A stretch of DNA of 64,000 bases, from sequence record PP047754; one strand, 5' to 3'. Each line of letters opens with the position of its first letter. Position 1 is the stretch's first letter. Source of the DNA: Escherichia phage KEP4. The position numbers and the translations under genes are program-made. A model generated the notes under the pieces. That model was not told the origin of the DNA, did not search any database, and was given only the letters and a program-made list of their open reading frames with translations. This document shows, in pieces, positions 36,221 through 46,215 of this stretch.

Positions 36221-36748
36221 ATGATTGAAATATACACTGACGGGGCATCATCCCCTCAGAAGACACAAGCCGCAGGTTGGGCATTTGCTATCAGTCCAAT
36301 CACTGGAGAGCAATGGAAAGTGTTTTATGGGTATTTACCCCCACCGTCAACGAATAATATCGCTGAGTTGCTTGGGGTTATAAACGCCTTGAAGATTCTA
36401 TGGAAATTCTCTAATTGCGGGGAACGCTGTATTCCCCCAGCCCGTATTATATCCGACAGCCAATATGTTATCAATAGTGTTTTGGAGTGGCGTAGAAAAT
36501 GGGAATATGAAGGGATGCCGCCTAAGAACACAGAACTCCTACTCGAATTGTTCAATTATTATGACAAAGTTTGTTCAATTTGTGAACTTGAATTAAAATG
36601 GGTGAAAGGTCATGCGGGGAATATCGGCAACGAAATCGCGGATCAGTGGAGCGTCAGAGCCAAAGAAAATAGCTCGATGGTTCTTGAAAATAATCGTTTC
36701 CTGGTCAGAAAGGTTGTTGGTTCTTTCAATGAATTCATTGGTATTTGA
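36221..36748 (+). CDS. ribonuclease HI (type 1 RNase H)
   Basis: IYTDGAS, NNIAELLGVINAL, KWVKGHAGNIGNEIADQ match the RNase HI DEDD catalytic motifs. Confidence 0.8.
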   Translation: MIEIYTDGASSPQKTQAAGWAFAISPITGEQWKVFYGYLPPPSTNNIAELLGVINALKILWKFSNCGERCIPPARIISDSQYVINSVLEWRRKWEYEGMPPKNTELLLELFNYYDKVCSICELELKWVKGHAGNIGNEIADQWSVRAKENSSMVLENNRFLVRKVVGSFNEFIGI

Positions 36749-36759
36749 GGATTATCACG

Positions 36760-37530
36760 ATGGGTATGAATTTTGTAGACAGGGGTGATAACGTCACCAA
36801 ATATTTCACTGACGAAGATAACGATCGAGTTGTGGGGATATTGCGTGATTGGATCCCTGCTCGTAAAAAGGCATTAGCCGAAGGAACACCCCTACCAAGA
36901 ATCCCCAATTATGTGGCCATGAATGTTCAGATGATAATCAAGAATATGAGTATGCGCTACAACTACCGTGATTATCCATATCGTGAAGACATGGTGAGTG
37001 AAGCGGTTGTGAACATCCTTCGTTACCTTCACACCTTTGATGTTAGCCATATCGGCAAGAAAGGAAAGATCAACTTCTTCTCTTGGGTGACTATGTGTGC
37101 CGATCGCTCATTCGCCAAGAAACTCACGAGTGAAGAAGAACACAACTACATTAAATTGCGTTCCTTTGAAGAAGCAGGTGGGTTCGCAGCTTTATCGGAT
37201 GACCCAGACTTCCAACAACAAACCTTCGTTGATAGCACTGGGATAACGATGGACTTTCGTGAACGCATCGGTAATTTCGAAAATAAGAAAGAAGCCCAGC
37301 GTGAAAAGGAACGCCAAAAGCAAACGGCTATCAAAGAAGAGGAAAAGAATAAGAAAATCCCTCGCGGTATACTTCAATGTCTTACGAAGAGTGAAAATAC
37401 CATTACTGCTGACGCCGAAGATAATTCAGATAATGACTTCGGCTCTACTCAATTTAGTCTTGAAGATATAATGGACAGTCCCACATTGTTAGCCGAATCA
37501 GTTGGAGAAAAGAATAATGGCGATTGCTAA
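36760..37530 (+). CDS. late-transcription sigma factor gp55
   Basis: NYVAMNVQMIIKNMSMRYNYRDYPYREDMVSEAVVNILRYLHTFD parallels the T4 gp55 N-terminal region; adjacent to gp47/gp46 as in T4. Confidence 0.6.
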   Translation: MGMNFVDRGDNVTKYFTDEDNDRVVGILRDWIPARKKALAEGTPLPRIPNYVAMNVQMIIKNMSMRYNYRDYPYREDMVSEAVVNILRYLHTFDVSHIGKKGKINFFSWVTMCADRSFAKKLTSEEEHNYIKLRSFEEAGGFAALSDDPDFQQQTFVDSTGITMDFRERIGNFENKKEAQREKERQKQTAIKEEEKNKKIPRGILQCLTKSENTITADAEDNSDNDFGSTQFSLEDIMDSPTLLAESVGEKNNGDC

Positions 37531-38632
37531 AATTGGCGATTTACACATCGGGAGCCGCAATGGTTCCCGTTACGTTCGTGAATTCATAAAGAATTATCTC
37601 ATCAACTATTTTATTCCCGAATTGGTAGATGCAGACATTAAAGAAGTTTGGCAATTCGGCGACACATTTGATGTTCGTAAATTTATGTACGGGCGCGACA
37701 AAGATTGGTTGAAAGATGAACTGACTCCAGCCCTGAGAAAGGCGGGTATCAAATGGAATGGCATCGTTGGAAACCATGATATCACCTTAGAAGAATCTAA
37801 CCGTATCAACTGGCCATCCTATCTGAATGAATTAGCGCCAGACGTCTATCATTATTACAGTGAACCCACTGAAGTTTCGATTGAAGGCGAAAAGGTATTG
37901 CTTCTCCCATGGATCAATAAAGAGAATTATGATGCATCTGTTAAAGCGATACAAGATACAGACGCCAAGTACTGTTTTGCGCATCTGGAGTTGGCAGGGT
38001 TCAAAATGTACCAGTCCTCTGTTTGTGATAAAGGTCAGATCGACGTGGCGCTCCTTTCCAAGTTCGAACGCGTGGATACCGGACATTTCCATACCCGTTC
38101 GATGGAAGGTAACATTCAGTATATTGGGACTCCTTATCACCTTACCTGGGAAGACCATAAAGACGGGACGAACCGAGGATTCTATGTAGACGACATGAAA
38201 GGCGGGGAATTGTTTATTCCCAACAACGAGCAACAAACGTTGTTCCGATTCATCGAATACGACTACACCCAAATGTCTTCCGACACCGAAGGAAACTGGA
38301 TTGACCCAGATTGGCTAAACAATGGTTTGGGTATTGAAGGGCAAATCGTTAAAGTGATTGTACAGAACCGCGATAATGCCAAGCATTATGAAAAGTTCTG
38401 CGACGCGCTGAAGCGCTGTAAATGCATCGATTACAACTTTATAGATCGGACTATCACAGTCTCGTCTGAGAAGGTAGAAGTCACTGAAGAGATGGTGGCG
38501 ACTGATGCTGTGGAAGTCCTGAAGAAAGATATCCGCGCCGCCAATAATATCCAGCGCCCTGAAAATGTTTGCAAATTAGCAGAACAATTCTATAATGCTG
38601 CCCAACAACGCCTGAACACATTGGATGCATAA
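37517..38632 (+). CDS. recombination endonuclease subunit gp47 (Mre11/SbcD-like)
   Basis: N-terminal IGDLHIG phosphoesterase motif, GNHD; start overlaps the gp55 3' end. Confidence 0.8.
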   Translation: MAIAKIGDLHIGSRNGSRYVREFIKNYLINYFIPELVDADIKEVWQFGDTFDVRKFMYGRDKDWLKDELTPALRKAGIKWNGIVGNHDITLEESNRINWPSYLNELAPDVYHYYSEPTEVSIEGEKVLLLPWINKENYDASVKAIQDTDAKYCFAHLELAGFKMYQSSVCDKGQIDVALLSKFERVDTGHFHTRSMEGNIQYIGTPYHLTWEDHKDGTNRGFYVDDMKGGELFIPNNEQQTLFRFIEYDYTQMSSDTEGNWIDPDWLNNGLGIEGQIVKVIVQNRDNAKHYEKFCDALKRCKCIDYNFIDRTITVSSEKVEVTEEMVATDAVEVLKKDIRAANNIQRPENVCKLAEQFYNAAQQRLNTLDA

Positions 38633-38634
38633 TA

Positions 38635-40968
38635 ATGAGAAACGTAGATCTATTATCAAAATTTGGTTCGCTGTTGAAAGAAGCGGACGCTCCTGTTATT
38701 GTTGAAGCACCATTTGAAATCCGTGGGGATATTACTCACAAACTGACTTTCCATCGTGGTCGCGCTAAGAACTTTCGTTCTATCGGTAATGAATTCATGG
38801 AAATTGATTACCAACGCAATTCGGCAACCTTGGTTACATCCGATGACAATGGCGCTGGTAAATCCACCATGCTTGTCTGGCTGCTGTTCTTCGTTCTGTA
38901 CAACGACACGTACAGCAAGAAAGAGAAGAAAGCCGGATTGGTTAACTCTCAAAACAAAAAAGAATGCGTGGGTGAAGTTGAGTTCTCAACTCGCGGTAGT
39001 GAATGGAAAGTCCGTCGCGGTATCAAACCAGATTTTGTAGAAGTTTATCAGATGGTGGAAGGAGAGTGGAAGCAAGTCGTGAACGATGCGGCCAAAGCTG
39101 ATATGAACAAGTACATCGTGAATCTCATCGGTGTGGACCAGAAGATGTTCGAGAACTCTTTGGTTCTGGGTAAGGAGAAGTTTATTCCTTTCACAGAGAT
39201 GTATACTGCTGACCGCCGCGCCATGGTTGAAACAATTTGGGACTTGGGTTTCTTCAGCCTGATGAATGAGGATGTTAAAGCATCTATCAAGGCGGTAACG
39301 AACGAACTCACGACGGTCACCAATGATTACGCCTTTCATGATGTGAATCTAAAAGGCCAGCAAGCGCAGTTGGAACAGATCAATAATTCCAATGCGATGA
39401 TTCAGCAACAATCTGCGGATATCCTTGTCCAAGAGAAGGAACGTCTGAATAGCCTGAATTCAGATATCGGCGCAGTGCAGGAACAACTGACAGAGTCCCG
39501 TGCTCAAGACTCTAAATTGGAATCAGAATTATCAGAAGTCCGTAATCGTCTGAACGCTGAAATGAAGGTGGATATCGATGCCATCAATGACGAGTATTTT
39601 GCCAAAATTCAAGCGGTTCAGGATGAGGCTGATACCAAGGCTGAAGACTATGAACGTATCGAGGTGTCTGATGGCGAACGTTCATTACAAGAAATTCGGG
39701 AGAGAATGGCGGTAGTCGCGGAACGTAAAAATGATCTGGTCAGCCAACGGAATGCTAACCTGGATGAACTGAACAAAGCATTAGCGCGGCGTCAGCAGGG
39801 TGAGAACTTCCGTATCAAATTCGTAACAGAAATGGAAGGACATGAATCTGCCATCAAACGTTTCCACGATATGGGCACTTGCCCTACGTGTACGCAATTA
39901 GTGTCGGACGATACCAAATCACGCATTGAAAGTCAATATTATCCACAAATCAGTGAACTGACTGACAAGATTCTTCAGGTTGACACAGCCCTAGAAGAAG
40001 TTAATTCCCTGATTGAGAATTACAATGTCAGAGATTCAGAATTATCTTCTCAGATTTCGGTTATTGACAAAGAACTGGATGCTTTGCGCAATGAAATCCG
40101 AGAAGCGGAATCAGCGATCGCAGCTTTAAAACGCGACATCCAAGGATTCTATGATGTCGCTGCTGTTGAGAAAACATCTTTACAGCGGGAACAACAGTCC
40201 AAAATTAACGATATCCTCAAGGCCGTAGACACCCGTTATGAAGATATCACAACTTCTATTCGCCAAGCCCGTGAGCAGCTCTCTAAGAGTATCAACGACA
40301 CGGCTGATAAACTCACCAGCCTGAAATCACGCCGTGCCCCTCTGGAGGCATCCATTGCCGATTTAGAGCGTAAATTGGCGGTTAAGCCGACACCAACTGA
40401 CGCCCTGGAAGAAGAGATCGCTCGCATCACGGCGTTAATGGAAGATCTGAATGCGCGGCGCGTAGAGTTGGATGAGAAATTGCAAGACCTGAACCATCTT
40501 CTGTTCTTCCTAAAAGATGATCAGACCAAGGCTCGAATTATCAGCCTGTATTTGCCTTTCCTCAATAGTAAAATAAACGAGTATCTTGAAGCACTCAATA
40601 TGTTCTTGGATATTGCTGTTGATGATACATTTGAAATCACCATGAGCGCTGCAGGTCGTAAAGGGCAAAGCATCTTCTCATTATCTACTGGTCAGCGTAG
40701 TCGCCTGAACCTGGCTGTGACATTAGCTTTACGCGATGTTGCAAACCTCAAGGCGTCGGTGCAATGTAACCTGTTTGTGTTAGATGAAATCCTTGAGAAC
40801 ATGAGCGAGCGCGGCGTACAAGAATCGGTTGAGATGCTGAAGCATAAATTTGGCGGGAACAATCTGTTCGTTATCAGTCAACGCGAGCAGGAATTCCAAG
40901 AGTATTTCCAACACAACATCCGTTATGGTCTGCGTAATGGCATGACTGAAGTGATTAAGAAGGATTGA
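38635..40968 (+). CDS. recombination endonuclease subunit gp46 (Rad50/SbcC-like ATPase)
   Basis: Walker A NGAGKSTM, long coiled-coil, ABC signature LSTGQRSRL, Walker B LFVLDE. Confidence 0.85.
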   Translation: MRNVDLLSKFGSLLKEADAPVIVEAPFEIRGDITHKLTFHRGRAKNFRSIGNEFMEIDYQRNSATLVTSDDNGAGKSTMLVWLLFFVLYNDTYSKKEKKAGLVNSQNKKECVGEVEFSTRGSEWKVRRGIKPDFVEVYQMVEGEWKQVVNDAAKADMNKYIVNLIGVDQKMFENSLVLGKEKFIPFTEMYTADRRAMVETIWDLGFFSLMNEDVKASIKAVTNELTTVTNDYAFHDVNLKGQQAQLEQINNSNAMIQQQSADILVQEKERLNSLNSDIGAVQEQLTESRAQDSKLESELSEVRNRLNAEMKVDIDAINDEYFAKIQAVQDEADTKAEDYERIEVSDGERSLQEIRERMAVVAERKNDLVSQRNANLDELNKALARRQQGENFRIKFVTEMEGHESAIKRFHDMGTCPTCTQLVSDDTKSRIESQYYPQISELTDKILQVDTALEEVNSLIENYNVRDSELSSQISVIDKELDALRNEIREAESAIAALKRDIQGFYDVAAVEKTSLQREQQSKINDILKAVDTRYEDITTSIRQAREQLSKSINDTADKLTSLKSRRAPLEASIADLERKLAVKPTPTDALEEEIARITALMEDLNARRVELDEKLQDLNHLLFFLKDDQTKARIISLYLPFLNSKINEYLEALNMFLDIAVDDTFEITMSAAGRKGQSIFSLSTGQRSRLNLAVTLALRDVANLKASVQCNLFVLDEILENMSERGVQESVEMLKHKFGGNNLFVISQREQEFQEYFQHNIRYGLRNGMTEVIKKD

Positions 40969-40970
40969 TC

Positions 40971-41279
40971 ATGGGAAGTCTGATTCGTGTTTCTAAGATA
41001 TCCAAGGGCGCTGAAAAGCGCCTGTACAAAGCCGTTCGCCTGATGATCCTCTACAAGTACACTGCTGAGAATCGGTGCTGGCGAAAGAAAACACGTGCCC
41101 GATATCAGTTAGCTCAGTACAATATGAGGCGTCATGTCGTCCGGTTGGCGTTGAAGATCGCGGGGAATTACAAGTATTGGACTTGTGAGGCTGTTGGTAG
41201 CCGCAAGGCTATTGACCTCATAAATGACCGGAATCTGTCTTTCCTGATCAATCTATCGGATTATGAGGACATGTCGTGA
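40971..41279 (+). CDS. hypothetical protein, 102 aa
   Basis: AAGAAGGA RBS; overlaps gp46 stop. Confidence 0.4.
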   Translation: MGSLIRVSKISKGAEKRLYKAVRLMILYKYTAENRCWRKKTRARYQLAQYNMRRHVVRLALKIAGNYKYWTCEAVGSRKAIDLINDRNLSFLINLSDYEDMS

Positions 41280-41605
41280 AAGTCGTCCACTTCAAGAAGG
41301 AGCCATATGACGTCTACATTGGGCGGCCTGGCAAATGGGGTAATGACTTCGAAGTCAAAGACCATGGGCGCGGCGTTTGTATCGAGTTATTCGAAGACGA
41401 TTTGTATGTGCGTCTGATTGAAGGGGAAATCACTGAGGATGAACTCCTTGAACTGGACGGAAAGATTCTAGGGTGCTGGTGTAAACCACGCCCCTGCCAC
41501 GGGGATGTTTACGTCAAAGTGATCGGTCGTATTAAACTATTCCGTAAGTTGGGTAAATCTTTTACTGAATATTTGAGACAAACATATGTCAGAAGAGAAA
41601 GATGA
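41276..41605 (+). CDS. hypothetical Cys/His-containing protein, 109 aa
   Basis: GTG start after GAGGA; CWCKPRPCHGD motif. Confidence 0.35.
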   Translation: MKVVHFKKEPYDVYIGRPGKWGNDFEVKDHGRGVCIELFEDDLYVRLIEGEITEDELLELDGKILGCWCKPRPCHGDVYVKVIGRIKLFRKLGKSFTEYLRQTYVRRER

Positions 41606-41870
41606 AATACAGATTGCTTGTGATATCGCTGTGGAATTATGGAATCAGCGAAATAAACATCATCAGGTAGCATTGACACCAAAACGTTACCTAGAGCAAG
41701 GTGGGTTGATCGTTGTTGACGCCGTCTTGGGTTTCAACAAGTACACAGATATGCAAATCCTCCAAGGGGATTTCATAGTGGCATCAAAATCAGCATGGGA
41801 CGATCCTATGGAATTTGTCTACGGTTGGTTGGAATGCATCGAGGAATCATACCATCTGATCTACGAATAA
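41586..41870 (+). CDS. hypothetical protein, 94 aa
   Basis: ORF with ATG start. Confidence 0.4.
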   Translation: MSEEKDEIQIACDIAVELWNQRNKHHQVALTPKRYLEQGGLIVVDAVLGFNKYTDMQILQGDFIVASKSAWDDPMEFVYGWLECIEESYHLIYE

Positions 41871-41875
41871 GGTGA

Positions 41876-41907
41876 AGGGCACTAAATATCAAGTGCCCTT
41901 TATCTTT
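41876..41907 (+). terminator. rho-independent terminator
   Basis: gggcac-loop-gtgccc hairpin followed by TTTATCTTTT. Confidence 0.5.
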
Positions 41908-41966
41908 TAACCCTGTCAGGAGGCTCAATCGAGCTGCAAGTCGACAAACACATAAGGAACGCCATC

Positions 41967-42584
41967 ATGACGATGACAACGTTGAAGGCCATGGCCTTGT
42001 CCGTGACCTTTACCATTGCCAGCGGGAGTGTGCACGCTTCCCAAAGTACCACCCAATGTGATTACGAATTTTCTGATCAACAACTTTCAACCATGGCCAC
42101 AGCCTATCACATAGGCAAACAACAAGACCTTGGTTTCACCCTCGCCGCGATATCATGGAGGGAAAGCCGCGCCGGAGAAGATGTTGTATCCATGCGGAAT
42201 AACCTGAAATCGGCTAACATGGGGGCATTTCAAAATCGCGTCCAAACCGTCGGGAAACGGGAGGGATGCAAAACACAGAAGTGTTACGCCAACGTGGCGA
42301 TTAAATTGCTGGTCAATCAAGAGTACGCAGCCAATGCTGCCCTTGATGAAATGAATTTCTGGCTAGAATATCATAACCAAAACATCCGCAAATCCCTTTC
42401 CTCTTACAATGCCGGTTTCAGTCGTAACCAAAAATCCAATTCATACGCTGCTGATGTCGTGAAGAAGGCTAAATATCTTCAACGATGTGTGTCTTTCAAA
42501 GGCATGGCAATAAACCCAAAGGTCGACCCAGGAGTGATCGCCATGAATAAGCGCACGATTGAGAAACTCAAGAGGACCCGATAA
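41967..42584 (+). CDS. secreted lytic transglycosylase (SLT domain), 205 aa
   Basis: Signal-peptide-like N-terminus; AISWRESRAG (catalytic ES), GAFQ, SYNAGFS motifs of family-1 lytic transglycosylases; AAGGAAC RBS. Confidence 0.55.
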   Translation: MTMTTLKAMALSVTFTIASGSVHASQSTTQCDYEFSDQQLSTMATAYHIGKQQDLGFTLAAISWRESRAGEDVVSMRNNLKSANMGAFQNRVQTVGKREGCKTQKCYANVAIKLLVNQEYAANAALDEMNFWLEYHNQNIRKSLSSYNAGFSRNQKSNSYAADVVKKAKYLQRCVSFKGMAINPKVDPGVIAMNKRTIEKLKRTR

Positions 42585-43222
42585 TGAATATCACTCCATC
42601 TCAGACCGGATACGAGCACTTAATGGTGTTTATTGCGATTCAGGGGGCAAAAGAAGGCATCATCAGTTCTGAATATTCTGGAACGATGCGCCTGGCTGAT
42701 TATGTTGCTCCCGAAGCGTTTATCAAGAAATGTATCGACGCATGGTGCCTTTATGCTATCGGCACGTATCCTACTCCTCCGGCAGGTGAGCTACTGTTTA
42801 CCGTTCCGACCCCAGCCGCTGGCGACACAGACGCGATCTTTGCTGATATGTTGGCCAAAGGTTATCTGGCATATGATAGTGCTCACAATGTCTATGACTT
42901 CTCGGCATTGAATCGTATCTTCGGATACACCATAACATCCGAAGCCAATATTCCGGACTATGGAATTCTGGCATGGGGTATTGACGGTCTCGGCGCAACA
43001 TATGCGTCTTCTGATGTTGGTCCTGTATTGATTGACACAGGTGTGACAATGGAGCAATACATGTCACAATTCCCTCAGCATAATGTTACCGGAAGCGACA
43101 TCATTATTGTCTATCCTGGTTCTAATGCGTTGTCCCGCCTGGTGGACGGCTGGAAGCCTCAGCTGAAAGACATCGTTGCTGGAATCAGATTTCACATCCC
43201 TGTCGTCAATCCCACACCTTAA
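42584..43222 (+). CDS. hypothetical protein, 212 aa
   Basis: ATG overlaps previous stop (TAATG). Confidence 0.5.
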   Translation: MNITPSQTGYEHLMVFIAIQGAKEGIISSEYSGTMRLADYVAPEAFIKKCIDAWCLYAIGTYPTPPAGELLFTVPTPAAGDTDAIFADMLAKGYLAYDSAHNVYDFSALNRIFGYTITSEANIPDYGILAWGIDGLGATYASSDVGPVLIDTGVTMEQYMSQFPQHNVTGSDIIIVYPGSNALSRLVDGWKPQLKDIVAGIRFHIPVVNPTP

Positions 43223-43326
43223 ATTATTCAATAAAAGGGGCGTTTGCCCCTTTACTTCTTCAATAACCCACGTATAATTCTAAACATAAGCAGTACGACA
43301 CCAACTTGAAAAGCAGGAACTATATC
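43223..43326 (+). promoter_or_regulatory. early promoter + stem-loop cassette (PeSL-like), copy 3
   Basis: ttattcaataaa - hairpin ggggc-gttt-gcccc - TTTACT (43251-43256) - 16 bp - TATAAT (43273-43278) - leader aggaactatatc - ATG. Confidence 0.6.
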
Positions 43327-43695
43327 ATGACCAAAACTGAATTGAACAACATTCTGAACGTTGCTGGGTACAAGAATATTCTTCGTGGGAACAACAAAAT
43401 CGCGCGTGACCGTAGCAACAAAATCATCAAGGGGTTCCCCCTGTGTAAAACTGGTCCGCTCGATATCAGCAACCCGTCCAAGCGCTTGTTTAAAGACTTA
43501 TTGCGTGAACTCGGCACTAAAGGCCTGGTGCTAGATAAAAAGGATGACCTGGTTGACTTTGGCATCGCGGTTATGAAGATTGCCAAATTCAAAATAACTC
43601 TGTGCGTACAGACAATTCAGACATATGACTACTCTGAAGGCCGTGACCCGAATTACGAAACAAAATATGTCAACGTAAGGATTGAAGGGTTATAA
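43327..43695 (+). CDS. hypothetical protein, 122 aa (cassette-driven)
   Basis: ATG directly after the conserved leader. Confidence 0.5.
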   Translation: MTKTELNNILNVAGYKNILRGNNKIARDRSNKIIKGFPLCKTGPLDISNPSKRLFKDLLRELGTKGLVLDKKDDLVDFGIAVMKIAKFKITLCVQTIQTYDYSEGRDPNYETKYVNVRIEGL

Positions 43696-43704
43696 TACGA
43701 ATAT

Positions 43705-43730
43705 GCGGGGGCTTGATGCCCCTTTCTTTT
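43705..43730 (+). terminator. rho-independent terminator
   Basis: gggggc-ttgat-gcccc hairpin followed by TTTCTTTT. Confidence 0.55.
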
Positions 43731-43776
43731 CGCTAATTAAGGAAAACCGCACCGATTTATTATCAGGAGAATTACA

Positions 43777-46164
43777 ATGGCCATCCAATCTTTCTTAAAT
43801 TTCCTTGACGAGTCCAAACAATTGGACGAAGCGTTTAACTCCGCTCCATACGAATTGACTTTCGGCAAGAAAAATGCTGGTGACATTTTCTTCACGTTCG
43901 TAGACGAAGATGAAAAAGAATTCCGCATTCAATTTTATACCCCGCAGGGGCTGGGCAAGAACGTTCGTCAGGTCTTCATAGGCCAGAAACGTGGTTCAAC
44001 CTATCCAGACGCAATCGGTCGTTTCAAAAACCCAATGCGTGTCATCGCATCCATGATCGAAGCGACTAAACAATTCATGGCGACACCGCTGGGTAAAACC
44101 ATTGATGGGTTTGCGATTAACTTCTCCAAGAAAGCTCTAGAACGCGGAACGACGTTACTCCCAAAAATTATTCGTCAATCTGGTCTGAAGCAGAAACTCA
44201 ACGTCATGGATCTGACTTATACCCCAATCCCTGACCGTGCCTTCGTATGGGTTGTACGCAAAGGCAAGGATCCTGCTCAGGTATTCGATGGTCCGAAAAT
44301 GAAAGGCGTGACTTGGGACGACCCAGACAAAGTCGGTGACGTTCCTGACCAGGCTGCTCGTGACGCCGCACTACAAGGTGACATGGATGATTTGAGCCAA
44401 TCCATAAATGCCGATTCTCGCTGGATTCTGACCAAAGCTGATCATACTCAGCCTATGCTGGTCTGGTCTGGTAAAGAACGTGGGCGGACTATTACCGCCA
44501 ATATCGCACCTCACGCGAATGAACCTGGTGTGTATGCTGGTAGTATCATGAACGAGAAACGGATCCGCGCTCAATCCCCAGACGCTATTGTACGCCAACT
44601 GGGATTACCGCAGATCCCTGTGAATATTCTGAATGATTTCACCAAGCAGTCGTCCATCTTCTGGAAAGAGATGACGGGGGATTCTGGAAAAATAGACATG
44701 CAGACTTTGCCAAAAACAGGATCTGTGGATGACTTACGAAATCAGGGTTATATTGCTCGCCTTCTGGGGATTGTAGACACATATGCTCCACAACAGGTCG
44801 GTATGTATGCAGGTGAGAAACTAACACGAATCGGCGCGGGCAAATATCGTACTTCGGGTGGTCTGGACATTCAGGTTTATTTCTGGGGAATTGTCAACGG
44901 AAAACTTTCTGTAGAAGTAGTATCAGATTTGTCTGGTCATGACCAACTTATGCTGGAAGGAGACGTGAAAAACTCCGCTTATGAAATAGTGGGCGCAATC
45001 TCCCGTGCAGCCGATTCTCAATTTGCTGGAGAAGTAGAATGCCGTGTGGTTCCTATCAATAACGCCCCATATCCGATTCAAAAAATTTCCCGTTCCCAGG
45101 GATATTCTTACGTTGATTGTGGTTCTTTCACATTGAAGATCGCTGACGCTCTGCTGAATCGGTTTACCTTGGGCAAGGCGGTCAAACTTGATCTGATGAA
45201 AGAGTTTCCTCGTACAACATTCAAAGTCCGCTATGATTGGCGTGGAAAAGATACTCTGTTGGTTCAATCTTCCGACGAGCGTACTATCTTTGGTGAAATC
45301 AACACCAATTCCAGTGAAAATGCAGTGATCACTGCAAACATCAAAGTACCAAGCAACGCTAAATTTTTTGGTGAAACCGTTCATGGCTTCTCTGTGGCTT
45401 GGGACTTCCAGTTCCCTGCGGGTAGCCAGCTGCAAGCCGCACGGTTCGTTACGAACGTGACTTACGACTTCGATCGTAATAAGGCCAACATCACGACCAT
45501 GCTGACAGAAAATGGCCGAAATGTAGTCAATAGCAGCGGATATGACATTCAGTTATCTGTCAAGTCTGTGCAAGATGCATTGAATGAGACTTCACAACGC
45601 CTGAAAGACGCTGCGGCTCAATTGAGCCACCTCAGTTCATCAAACTATAACCCGAACAAGCTGTTCCTGAATGATATCACCGTCAGTAAGTTTGGTGCAA
45701 TTATGTTCCAAGACAAAGATCTGGCACAGTCCAAAAACCGCACGGCAGTCATTGATGCTTTGGCTCGGGCGAAAGATCAGGTCGCTGGTGGTAAGAATGC
45801 AGGCGATCTGGCCACCTATGCCGGATCCATTCGTGATAGCGCTCCTAATGGACGAGATCTGGATTGGCAGGTATACACAGCCAGTAATGGTACAGTTCTG
45901 AATGTTGCCTGGGATATCACTTTCCGTCGCAATACGACCGAAGGAGCATATCGTGAATTCAAGGATCAGATCAACCGTGCCAACCAATACCTGCAAACGG
46001 TATACAACGACGCGAAATCTAAAGGCTATAATCCTACCGAGCCAAATCTCATGACTCTTGAACGCGCTCGCCAATCCGACGAATGGGCTATGAGTAATGG
46101 TGATAGTGCATACAGTGAATATGAACAATCGCTGGGTGGTAATCTTCAGATTAGTCTGAAATAA
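43777..46164 (+). CDS. large hypothetical protein, 795 aa; candidate capsid-packaged internal protein
   Basis: AGGAGA RBS; N-terminus MAIQSFLNFLDE resembles a T4 capsid-targeting sequence with an LxE cleavage site; shares LGLPxIPxNxLxxF motif with the next gene. Confidence 0.45.
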   Translation: MAIQSFLNFLDESKQLDEAFNSAPYELTFGKKNAGDIFFTFVDEDEKEFRIQFYTPQGLGKNVRQVFIGQKRGSTYPDAIGRFKNPMRVIASMIEATKQFMATPLGKTIDGFAINFSKKALERGTTLLPKIIRQSGLKQKLNVMDLTYTPIPDRAFVWVVRKGKDPAQVFDGPKMKGVTWDDPDKVGDVPDQAARDAALQGDMDDLSQSINADSRWILTKADHTQPMLVWSGKERGRTITANIAPHANEPGVYAGSIMNEKRIRAQSPDAIVRQLGLPQIPVNILNDFTKQSSIFWKEMTGDSGKIDMQTLPKTGSVDDLRNQGYIARLLGIVDTYAPQQVGMYAGEKLTRIGAGKYRTSGGLDIQVYFWGIVNGKLSVEVVSDLSGHDQLMLEGDVKNSAYEIVGAISRAADSQFAGEVECRVVPINNAPYPIQKISRSQGYSYVDCGSFTLKIADALLNRFTLGKAVKLDLMKEFPRTTFKVRYDWRGKDTLLVQSSDERTIFGEINTNSSENAVITANIKVPSNAKFFGETVHGFSVAWDFQFPAGSQLQAARFVTNVTYDFDRNKANITTMLTENGRNVVNSSGYDIQLSVKSVQDALNETSQRLKDAAAQLSHLSSSNYNPNKLFLNDITVSKFGAIMFQDKDLAQSKNRTAVIDALARAKDQVAGGKNAGDLATYAGSIRDSAPNGRDLDWQVYTASNGTVLNVAWDITFRRNTTEGAYREFKDQINRANQYLQTVYNDAKSKGYNPTEPNLMTLERARQSDEWAMSNGDSAYSEYEQSLGGNLQISLK

Positions 46165-46215
46165 GTCATAGCCCCTTCGGGGGCTAAATACATCAAAATC
46201 CTTAGGAGATCCACG

